From the NCBI GenBank assembly GCA_028023455.1, contig JAQFVV010000005.1, positions 23,312,001 to 23,376,000 on the forward strand: a stretch of DNA of 64,000 nucleotides, in the 5' to 3' direction. The DNA comes from Epiperipatus broadwayi (taxonomy: Eukaryota > Animalia > Onychophora). Below are positions 26,467 to 38,051 of this stretch, in pieces; position 1 is the first letter of the stretch; each line of letters starts with the position of its first letter. Position numbers and translations under genes: made by a program. The notes beneath the pieces were generated by a model. That model saw nothing but the letters and a program-made list of their open reading frames with translations. It made no database searches and was not told the origin of the DNA.

Positions 26467-27137
26467 AAACATCACATGACTACCACCTCTTATGCTTGTG
26501 TATAACTGTTGTTAAAACAGGCAAAACTCACAATATATATTGCCAAACAGCATGCTAGAGTAATCAATGGATATTGGATGAGTAGGCACTAGATGGGGAT
26601 TTTATGCACAAGCCTTCTAGCATCCATTGATTACTCTAGCTTGCTGTGTGTGGCAATATATATAGTGAGTTCTGCCTGTTTTAACAACAGTTATACACAA
26701 GCATAAGAGGTGGTAGTCATGTGATGTTTATTGGCTTAAAACCAATCCTGCCTAATAGGATAGTGGTGGCTATGGTTATTAAAGAACCAACGACACCAAA
26801 ATGTATGAGTACTGAACTGGATTCAGACCCATATGGCTATATAAGCTAATGGGCTTGGATTGAAAACATTAAGGTGTTTTCAGTTTAAGACTCATAGTTT
26901 TGTAGTTAAATGGAGATAAAAGGTGGTTGCTGGAGAGTTGCATTAGATCCTAAGATCTAGGTGCAGTGCTCTCAGATCCAAGGCTCCTCAATGACGAAGG
27001 CCATAAGCCAGAAACTAGCCTGGGGATATTGGATGAGTAGGCACTAGATGGGGATTTTATGCACAAGCCTTCTGGCATCCATTGATTACTCTAGCTTGCT
27101 GTGTGTGGCAATATGTATAGTGAGTTTTGCCTGTTTT
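26467..27137. mobile_element. Family A hammerhead-bearing element, copy 3 (complete monomer plus redundancy)
   Basis: TSD taaatatactctttt at 26452-26466 and 27138-27152. 26467-26572 is inverted relative to about 26613-26729. ggatattggatgagtaggcac repeats at 26569 and 27024 (period 455). The ribozyme at 26985-27026 is mutated (ATGACGA core, GCC triplet). Confidence 0.92.
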
Positions 27138-27299
27138 TAAATATACTCTTTTCATGCATAAAGAATAATTTAATTTTACATATATGATACTAATTTTATT
27201 CCCTTCGTTTTGACTCATAATACATCTAATAAAATTTCTTCCTGTATTTTTATCCATAGATAATTTACTATTACTTCCAAAGCAGTCATATATTTTTGG

Positions 27300-28340
27300 A
27301 ATCAAGTAAAAAAAAAAAACTTAGAATAGTTTTATCTATTATCTGGAGCAAAGAAAACATTTTTGATTTTGCAAATATTAAAAGACCAATATTCCTTATT
27401 AATAATCCTGTATACAGATGTGCATCTTTTCTTTTAATTTCTTTTGTTCAAAGAAAACAGAGAAAATATCTCTCTAGAGATGTTCATGTTTTTGATCTAC
27501 ATCAAACCTGTTCAATATTTTTGTGCATTCAAGATAACTTTTTTAAAGAAGCAATTTTACAATCTACTCATATATGGAAAGAGAATATGCTAGAATTTGA
27601 CAATGCACTAACTTATCAGTTTTATCAAAATGGGTATAGGAAGAACTGGGTATTTTTAAGGACTGACCAAAATGTTGATCAATTAAAGAATTTCTAATTT
27701 TTGATTTTATGATATTCATATCTGAAAATATTATAAATACTAAAAATTGAAGTATTTTATATGCAATATTTTTGTCAATACGAGTCAGGGAGAATGTAAA
27801 ACCACATCATGATCAAATGCTTTGACAAAGTCCATGTTAAACTATTTTTTTTTATTAGATTATTAAGACTTTTTCATTATAAACAAAACATCAATTCCAT
27901 TTTATAAATTATTTATGCCTATTCCTCTAGTATTTATATTTTTATATCTCTGAAAAATGATTCAATATATTTAATAAACCCAAAAATATTGACAAAAAAT
28001 TAGACATGGGGTACAAAATCTCATAATTCGATTCATTTTTCTATAATTTAATAGCGAGAATCTCTGTTTTCATGAATAATCGGATAGTCAGTGAACATAT
28101 TATGTGGTCTACTACAGGAATGATGAATCAAAAGGGCAATTTTTGCTTCTATAAATATGAAGAATTCTTACAAAAAAAGATTAATTATTTCATTTTGATT
28201 GAAAAGAAGTCCGGTCATTATTGTACAATGAAAAAATGAAACAAATAGGTAGAAATGACAAACATAAGAATTGAACTGGCCATTAAGGCTTTAAACAATT
28301 CAGGAGCAAAATTGATAAATAAATAAAAAAAAATAATAAG
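27300..28340 (-). pseudogene. Decayed CR1/L2-like LINE reverse transcriptase
   Basis: The minus strand reads MDFVKAFDHDV near 27810-27840 (D..KAFD motif), with a YRP-like motif near 28110. The listed plus-strand ORF 27296-27697 is probably an antisense shadow. Confidence 0.5.
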
Positions 28341-29462
28341 TTTTTTACCTTGTTGTAAAATTTCAAATACATAATTTTAAAAATGCCATACTTTTGGGAG
28401 AAAAAACATGAATAATTGAAGTAAAAAAAAAAAAAAACATAGATTTCAAAGCAAACAATAAAATTTTTAAAAAAATTAAGATTTTGAATCCATGCTTGTA
28501 CTGATCACATAGATTTTTCACACAGCAATTAATTTTTTACTGATCTCGTTTTTGTGCTAATTATAAGCATTTTCGACTTATGAAACGTATCAAAAAAGCA
28601 TCACATGACTTTACTCACTTTTAGCAGCTGCTTTAAAAACAGTAATTTATTCTATTTTTGCTACTCTAAAAATATCTAAGGTACTGGTTACCTCAATCTG
28701 TTTTTGCAGACAAGAAGTGCCACCAAGTGATGTACAGTGGCTAATAAACCAGTACCATATCTATTGTAATATTAAGTAATTAATAAATGATGGATGATAG
28801 TTATATTCATACCATTATACTAGTTTTTAGATATTGGTTTCAATATTGAAAAGCATTGACTTTATTATCATACATTTTGTTACCTTTATTTATATTATTC
28901 ACTCTAACCTGTTTATAAAATTATATAAGTCAGACATTTTACCCCCAATTATATAAGATCTCAGTTTTATGATAATGAATCAAAGATGCCTGCAATTAGT
29001 TCAATACTGGATATATAGCTCGCCATTCAAAATCAACAGCATAACCCAAATTTATTGTCAAATAACCGCTGAAAGAATTACAAGAAGAAAAAAGTTTATA
29101 TAATCAGAAAAATAATTTGTTTGATTGTAATGCATTATAATCATAATAAAAAAAGAATAATTTCTGAAAAGCAGCTTTATTAACATCAAAGAATCTTTGC
29201 TGGCAGTATGAACTAAGAAAACCCTTTAACCAATAAGATTTCACTGCTTCATACACACTCTTAGATTAAAAAAAAAAAATTTAAATAGCTTTACATTGTA
29301 TTTTAGATAAATTATCTAATAATAAGAATAGAGAACACTTAAATGTTGTCATTCATTACAAAGAGCATATTAAGAAGCAAATGAGAGAGAAGGAAAATGT
29401 TAGGTGGGATAACTACTTTTAAAAAAGAAATAGCTAGAATATATGAGAGATAGTGACCTGGG

Positions 29463-29499
29463 CCAACTGATGAGTGCTGGTTCAGCATGAAATGCATCT
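29463..29499 (+). ncRNA. Orphan family B hammerhead motif
   Basis: ccaa-CTGATGA-GTGCTG gtt CAGCAT-GAAA-TGCATC. The core is intact, with palindrome ATGCAT and an AUC triplet ending at 29498. The 3' strand of stem I is missing. Confidence 0.7.
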
Positions 29500-29699
29500 G
29501 TCTTTTATTATATCTTTATTTATATGAATTTAAAAAGAATGGGGAAGTATGGATGTGTTTATTATATCTACTAGAATATAGACTGAAATGTTATGAACTT
29601 AAATAAGAAATTAATGGAGGAAATTAATAGTAAAGAAAAAAGGGGACATATGAAAAATTTTGGAGACATATGAAGATCAAAAATGAGAAAGGATATTAA

Positions 29700-30550
29700 A
29701 TACAGAAATAAGCAATTGTGAAGATAGGGAAGAAGTTTAAAAAATACTTAATGAATTTATAAAAAAAAATAAAAAATAATAACTTTGGATGAAAAAGTTG
29801 ATAAGAAAATATAATTCATTATAAAGCTTAATTTATGAGAAGATGGGGAGTGATAATACGGAATTATATAGGTAGCTTGAAAAAAAAAAAAGATTAAACA
29901 GTATGACAATTGAAATGATAGGGGAAAATACGCAACACTTAGTTTAATAAAAAGTTTTAATAAAATTACAATCAATAATAAAATTCCAGATAAATGGAAT
30001 GGTAAGAAATGATTATTATGTCAAGGAAAGGGATAAAATTTTAAGTTAAATAACTATAGATTAGTAGCAATAACTTCCATAATTAATTAATTATTTGCAT
30101 AAATCTGAATTATAAGATTAGGGCTTAAATGGAAGAAAATAAAATTCTGAGGGCATTTAAAGTGGATTTACTCAAGGACAAGAATAGGGGAATTATTTAC
30201 TTATTAAACCTCAGTTGATTGAACTATAAGGCATTTTCAGATGTGGAAAAAGCTTATGATAAAATGGATAAAAATAGATTGAGATGTTTTAAAAATATAA
30301 GAAGACAGGATTATGTCATTACAAAGATAATTTTTATATGTACTAATTGAGGAATATAAATTCAGTGGAAGTTGACTGTGAAATTGGATAGAAACAGAAT
30401 GGCCTGATATCACTTTTACTATATATGTTGTTTCTAAGTGAAGTTCGAAATAGAAAAATTAAAGATAGAGGAGATTTTTTTTAGCTGATATCAAGAAAAT
30501 ACAAAATGTGGCCTTTTTTTTTTTTTGCAGATCCTATGGCATTTTATAAA
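29700..30550 (+). pseudogene. Decayed non-LTR reverse transcriptase
   Basis: NYRLVAITS near 30052-30078, FSDVEKAYDKMD near 30235-30270, and FFAD near 30520-30532. Frameshifted. Confidence 0.6.
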
Positions 30551-32149
30551 AATCAAGAGCTCTAAAGAGACTCTAAATATAACATCTCCATCAGTGGTAA
30601 TGGTTACAAATTATTACAATTTTACCATTATCTTTCAATCAGCATATCAACTTGGGTAATAATAGCAGAATATCCATTTATCAGCAATGAGAAAAGTTAA
30701 ATGAGTTGATTATGGAGCAGTCACATGAATGTAGAAATCTAAGCTTGGATGAAATCTGACAAAAATTCAAGTCTCATTCTGGCTCAAAACCCACGGCATA
30801 ATGAATTTAAACACATTTTTTGTGTGTCTAAAATACAAATTAATTCATAGTTTAATTAATATCAATTGAAATACATTTTTTATACAAACTAACAGTAAGA
30901 AACAATTGTTATCATCAGTAGCTGATATATATAAACCAGGATAACTATATTATTTCCAGAAAATAAAGATAAAATTAGAAAGTTATGATTTAGGATGATT
31001 GTGGAAATCAATCCATAAACCAAAAATATAGATGCAGACATTATAAATTGTTTCTTAGTTTGACATCCCAACATGCTTACTTTTAATCTTCTCAACAGCA
31101 CACTTGTCTTTTAGAAAAACTTGCTTTCAACTATATTGTATCTTCAGCCCCATTATCTCAAATGAAAACAATCAATATAGCATTTGTTTATAACACCATT
31201 ATAATAATCTCTTACAAAATGTATAGGATATGCCACTCCTATAAAAATTATGTTCAACTTCACCATAAAATATTTTATTAACTTTTTTATTTGTTTTGCA
31301 CATTCAATCCTACAAGTGAGTGTTTCTATCAATTGTAGATCCAGTTCCATTATATTCCATAAGCTAGAAAATATACAAATTGGTCTAATGATCTTATTCA
31401 CATTCCTGAATTCAATTTTTCCCACATTTTCTATTATATTCAAAGTCGGTCTATATTTCATTGGCAAACAATAAATGTGACAGAAAGTTCTATGTTATAA
31501 ATAATTACTACATGTGATGAAATATCCTTAATGCTTATTAAAATATCTAAATCCATCTTTCTATCTAAAAAGCTATCAAGAAATTTAAATTGACTTGCAT
31601 TCTCAAATTGATAATGATAATAATTTGTCACTGAAGATTTTTTTTCAATTACTAAGCCAAATTCTTTTCAAGTTGCATTCAAGCATTAACAGATCATCCT
31701 TCAAATCTGCAGAAGTGACATAATTATCATGCTACTGTAAATCTAAAGGTCAAGAAAAAAAATTCTTACTTTTGATTGGATCAAATTAAAAACCACTATC
31801 AAACACATAATGCACTTTATTATGTGTTTCATAAAACTAAGTAAAAATGATTTTAAAATGAGTCATAAAATGTGGAAAATATTGGCACTAATTGCTATTT
31901 AACACCAGTTTTCAATTCAAATGCCTGATTTGCCACCAGAAGTAATAACTTTTCCTCTTACTACATGATGCAATGTATAGTATAAATACACTTTTGATGG
32001 ATAACTAGCTAATTTTAAACAGTACTGACTTTCTTTCCAATTAACTAATCAATAAATGCTATATATTACTTGTATCTTTATTCCTAATATTTTTCTTATA
32101 TTTGCTTGTTAACAAAAATTATGTTTCTAGTGCTTTTTGATTCTTTAAA

Positions 32150-35100
32150 CCCATAAGAGTTTCTTGTAATCATTTACGATTAGAAACTATTCTGATGAAA
32201 TCGATGGTACTTTTGCTATTGTAGATATTTAAATTTCAAACCTTAAGGTCTTTTCATATAATTATGTAATACTTGAAAAGTTTGAGATAAGCAAGTTGAT
32301 ATCAAGAGGTATAAAAAAAGAAAATTTTTATTTATTTAATAGCACTGAACCAGCTTTCAGTGAATTCTTTCCAGAATCATAGTGCAAAATGAAATTTCAC
32401 CGCTGCAAGTCTGAATACATAGTGATTGAGAAAATATATATAATTTGTCATAATGTGGAAATTATGTTCCATTTCTTTTAGAGTGGAAAGCAAGAGTCCT
32501 TTCTGTTAATTGAATGTTGTTCTCTTGTAATTGCCTATGCTCCTTTAAATTTTCTTTTTCTACCATTCCCTTCTGTGCAAACTGTTTTACCATTCAAGGA
32601 AGAAAAGACATATCCCGTAACTAACTTGTGTTCAACAAAGATTGATTTGTGTTCGCAACTTTTGCTCTTTTATATAAATAGGTGTGGGGAGTGTACTTGA
32701 AAGGAGTTTTACCTTTGGTGTCATTTAGAAAATTGTTGAGAGAGGGAAGTGATGTAAATCCTATTCTAAATGTGTCTGCACATATTCTTTGGAGTTTTGT
32801 TGAGATACGAGAGATGTAAGGAAGGCTGAACCATGGTTTAACCGGGTTGTTGTTATTGAAAACTTTGTTAATGCTCTTGTAAAAAATTTCTACAATTTTA
32901 ATTAATTTAGTATGATTATATCCAATGTCTGTTAAATCTCTAGCATATAATTCAGTGTTAGTTTTTCTGTCCACCTCATATTTATACAATTTTCTGTTTC
33001 TGTGTAAGAAACCTTTAAGACCTGCCATTTTGTGTTCGAATGGAACATTAAACTGGGGATGGATGACTCCTCTAACTTGAATTGGTTTTACATTCATCTT
33101 AAAATTGAGCACATTTTTGTTCCTTTGGATATGCAAGTCCAAAAAATTTATACTTTGGTTTATATCCTCATCTTCAATAGTTCATTCGAGAGACAATGCT
33201 ATGTCTAGTTCTGCGTGAATATTAATAATTTTGTGCTCTGCAGCACATAAATTATGTCACCCACATATCTAATATATGTGTCAATTTCTGAAGGCTCTAA
33301 ATATTTAGGTAAGTGAAGCTTTCCTAATTTTGACAGAACAGGTTGCTGATAATTCCACTGAGCAGCAATACCATCTACCCTCCACTCAACATTTAATAAA
33401 ACTTATTCTTAGCACAAGCTTTTGTTTGTTGTTAACCCACTTCAAAACCTCATTTATGAAATCTTTCCTGTGCTGATTGTAATTAAATTTACTATAAAAC
33501 TTCCTGTATAATGGTAATGGAAAAATCACTAGCACCGATCCACAGAATGCCTTTATGTCCAACAAGAAAAGTTTATAATATTAATTTTGACGTTTTTAAA
33601 TTTTCTCAACATACTCATATGACTTGATGGTATAGGAGCCAAATCCAAGGTTTTTGATTAATCCAATCTGCTGTTTTCTTCATTGCTCTAAAATAACAAG
33701 CCCCAGTGAAGTTGATCATGAAATTGAATCATCAGTCTCAATGGAGAGCCTACTTTATGAAGCTTGATGTTTGCGAACATACAAAAAGCTATTGCTACCA
33801 ATAGGTATATAGCAAGATACTCGACACATGTATATGCCTTGTTACAGAATTTACGCAAATTTGTCTTTACAGTAATTTACATTATATGAGGCAATGTTAT
33901 TCTAATTTTAAATTTGTATTTTGTGCATTTATTTTGAGGTTGAATTCATCACCATTTACCAGGACTAACCTATAGCCATTGTCTTCTTTCATACATATAA
34001 TGTTGTTATGTATACAATATTGGTTTACATCCATTATCTTGTTTGTCCAATCTTTGTTAGTTTTACTGATATTATGTGAATTAAGCAATATGGCTATTTT
34101 TTCAATTATTTTAACTTTCACCACTGTGTTTTCAAAATTTACTTTGATAATAACAATGACTTCCATTGTAGCAATTTCCAGACATCACCAATAAATTTCA
34201 AGCCTAGTTCTAGGACATTGCTGATTGGCTCCAGGGCCTGAATGCCGAAAGGTTCACCCAATTATTCAGCACTATGCTTTGTTTCATAGCTAGGAAATCT
34301 AATTTGTCATATTTCACCTTTAATTTTAATGCAATGATTCTGCAGTGGATTTCCACTGTGGCAAGGGTTATGACATTTTCCTCTGTTCATTTCAATCAAC
34401 ATTTTTCTAGTCTAAGATTCAAACAGCACACCCCTTAATTATATTACAAAGTAATACCATCTTCAAACTCTGAATCATTTTCTGACAATTATGTTTGTAT
34501 TTATCCACAAATTACAACAATTCAGAATAACCTGATGAGTTAAGCATGATTTAAGAAATTGTATTCTTTCATGTTTAACTGTAATTCCTTTATTTATTTT
34601 AAACACCATCCTGTTTAATAGATGTGCATTCATTGTTCTGTAAATATGGAAATTTCAAACATTAAGCTCTTTTCATATAGTTATGTAATACTTGAAAACT
34701 TGAGATATGCAAGTTGATATGAAAAGGTATACAAAAACAAAATTTTTATTTATTTAAGAGCCCTAAGCCAACTTTTGGTAAATTCTTGCCAGAATCAACC
34801 TCGCAGTTACAAGTCCAAATATATAGTGATTAAGAAATATGTAAACTTGTCCCAGTATGCAAATTTTAATTCCATTTCTTGGATAATGGAACATAGGAGT
34901 TCTTTCTGTTAACAGAATGTGGGTCCCTTGCAATTCCTATGCTTCTTTAAATTTTCTTTTTCTATCATTCCTCTCTGTGCAAACTGTTTTAACATTTGAG
35001 GGAGAAAAGTTGTATCCCATAACCAACTCGTGTTCAACAAAGATTGACTTGTGTTTGTGACTAAATGTTTACTTTTTTATATAAATATGGATGCTGGACA

Positions 35101-36295
35101 ATTGTCGTTGGTCGATTAGTGTGAGATTCTCCATAATATACTGCACTGCAAGACATAGCAGTGCATAAGATCTTATATATGATTCGGGGAATGTGTTCAA
35201 AATTTTTATCTTTGGTGTCATTTAGAAGATTATTGAGAGAGGGAGGTGATGTAAATCCTACTCTAAATGTGTCGAACAGATTCTTCGAAGTTTCATTGAG
35301 ATACTAGGGATGTAAGGAAGGCCGATCCGTCGTTTAGCCAGTTGTTGTTATTGGGAACTTTGTTAATGCTTTCATAATTTTTTTTTACAATTTTTAATTA
35401 ATTTAGTATGATTATATCCAATGTCTGTTAAGTCTCTAACATATAATTCAATGTTAGCTTTATCTGTCCCCTCATATTTATATAATTTTCTATTTCTATG
35501 TAAGAAACATAAGACGCCATTTTGTGTTTGAATAGAACATTAGATTAGAATCGATGACTCCTCTACTAACTTGAATTGATTTTACATTCATCTTAAAATT
35601 GACTGCATTTTGTTCTTTTGGATATGTAAGTCCAAAATATTTATACTTTGATTTATGTCCTCATCTTCAATAGACCATTCGAGAAGTGATGCTCTCTCTA
35701 GTGTTTGCGCCAAGGGAAGGTTTTATGAAATGACAAGTGGATGGCCTATGGGACTGCCACTCAGCGATATTATCAGCAGCGTAGTTCTCTCAAAATTTGA
35801 AAGTCTTATCCTACCTAAGTATTTGGACCCTTCCGTGACATAAATATTAGATACGTAGACAATGTATTCATATGTACTGCACAGCACAAAATTATTAATA
35901 TTCATGCAGAACTAGACAGAGCAGTCTCTTGAATGGACTATTGAAGATAAGGACATAAACCAAAGTATAAAGCAAAATTTAGTCGCAAACACAAGTCAGT
36001 CTTTGTTGAACATGAGTTGGCTACAAAACACATCTTTTCTCCCTCGGATGTTTGCAGAGAGGAATGCTAGAAAAAAAAAAAATTTAAAGAAGCATGGGCA
36101 ATTGCAAGGGACCCACATTTAATTAACATAAAAATTTTTTTGTGTTCCACTATCAATTTGCATACTGGGACAAATTTACATATTTCTCAATCACTATATA
36201 TTCAGACTTTCAACTGCAAGGTTTTATTCTGCACTATGATTCTGGTGAGAATTTATCAAAAACTGGCTTAGTGCTATTAAATAAATAAATCAACT
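32150..36295 (-). mobile_element. Composite Penelope-like element: near-full copy, upstream 5'-truncated tandem copy and inverted piece
   Basis: Minus strand, near-full copy: NVLELGLKF (about 34200), NNIICMKEDNG (ORF 33897-34166), YIRYVGD (about 33260), WTIEDEDINQSINFLDLHI (about 33140). Minus strand, truncated copy: GIY-YIG IIYKILCTAMSCSAVYYGES (35128-35185) and VEH.L..GY.F...N.K....E.N.RKRKFKEA. Plus strand 35690-35965 carries GWPMGLPLS and RYVDN. 35970-36295 is an inverted copy of about 34745-35065. All frames are broken. Confidence 0.88.
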
Positions 36296-37673
36296 TCCAT
36301 ATTGTAAATAATAATGATATTCTACGATAATTAAGATACTTTCCTATTCTATTTATTTTCTACACTTTACAAGATCATATGGTAATATCTTTGCTAGCTT
36401 GTATAATTCTATAAAGTTCCAATAGTTTTGAAGGAAATATCATATTTAAAACTCCCCAGAAACTCAGGTTTCGCAAGCTTTCCATCTTTATAATCATAAT
36501 TATTTTAACTTCAATAAGCTGGTTAGCTCATCCAAATCTAAATCAATAACTGATAGAAAGAATATATCATTAAATAAAATTGCATGAATTCTTGTATCAT
36601 TATTCAAAAGAGGATTAAAACATTCTGTCATTAAAATATCATCATAATCATATAAAAATGTCATTCATTAATTTAATATATCACTTTTCAATTACATACA
36701 TCGTTTTTTGTTGTTGTTTTTTTAAATTAAAGACATAACCATTTCTCTTTGCACTTTAAATCCAAAATCATTCTTAACTTGTTATCAATCACTGAATTTT
36801 TACCTTTAAATTCCTATCTTGATTATGAAATGACATATTCATTTTATTATTCAGTAAGTAGAAAATGCTATGATCCATTAATTAAGTCATTAATTATAAA
36901 ATAATTGATAAGTAACTAATTAGAAAATATCTCTTTTAGTAAGCCCAACTTGGATCCATAACACCCTTTGAAAGAATTCCATGCATACCTCACTAATGTG
37001 ACCAAACTGAAATCTATAATCCAAAATTTAGCATTTTAATGCTGTTAGACCACTAATAATTTTCTTTTCGAGAACAATTATTAAATTTTCTATCAATAAA
37101 TTTCAGACTGAATTTTTCATAATGCCAACGTAATTTTATCACTGGAATGCACTAATCTATAGTCTGTCTAATAGTCCGAATGTAATGCTCATGATATATT
37201 TAGTTATTTTCCATTGTAATGTATAATTATATCATAATTCATATAATGTCATTGTTTATAGGAAATATGCATCCAAATTTCTTCATAACTATTAAATGCT
37301 TTTATATTAACTTGCCCTGTCTGTGTATGTTTCTATTTGTATGTCCACATTTTTGAATCTTTAAGCGTGAAAAAAAAACTTCCCATTTACAAATCAAACT
37401 CACATCCTTACAAGAACTCACCTTCTTACACTCCTCCAAAAAACTTAACAACTGAGCCAAAAGAAATATTACATTTGTAAAATAAAACTTTGTTAATATT
37501 GATTTAACTCGTATTTAATTAAATTAATTAAAAAGCCAATACATAATTTTATATAGTAGACAATCATGATATCTAAATTTAGAATTCGTTTGTTAGAGAA
37601 CATACTTTCTATTTTCACATATTATTTTGTCAGATTTTTTTGTACTTGTAACCATTTTGTAAAAAAAAAAAAT

Positions 37674-38051
37674 TTTTAAATAATGCTTTTATGTAAATAG
37701 CCAACTAAAAAGTAGAGAAATAACAAAGTAATCTGCTTCTCAGTTAATTTGCCATTCTTGGAAAATATCTGAGATCTTAAGAATCTACACTTGTTATAAA
37801 ACAACTTTAAATTTCAGGATTGTTGTTGTGTCATAAAAGCATTTGAGGCTCAGATAAATCATAAAAATCAAAAAGGTCTCAAATGCTTTTATGAAACAAC
37901 AACATTCCTGAAATTTAAAGTTGTTTTATAACAAGTGTAGATTCTTAAGATCTCAGATATTTTCCAAGAATGGCAAATTAATCATGAAGCAGATTACTTT
38001 GATATTTTTCTACTTTTTAATCAGCTATTTACATAAAAGTATTATTTAAAA
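37674..38051. repeat. Large foldback, arms about 175 bp, spacer about 26 nt
   Basis: 37674-37849 is the reverse complement of 37876-38051, with long perfect stretches such as ttaatttgccattcttggaaaatatctgagatcttaagaatctacacttgttataaaacaactttaaatttcagga. Confidence 0.95.

Noticed and set aside
30889-31467. Minus-strand ORFs as an ionotropic/chemoreceptor pseudogene
   Set aside because: The hydrophobic stretches could simply reflect AT-rich codons, and no diagnostic motif was recognised.
32231-32262. Hammerhead-like string in the PLE 3' region (minus strand atgaaaagacc-ttaa-ggtttgaaatttaaat)
   Set aside because: The CUGANGA core is not intact, there is no stem I pairing, and the paralogous copy near 34650 is worse. 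It needs a consensus to evaluate.
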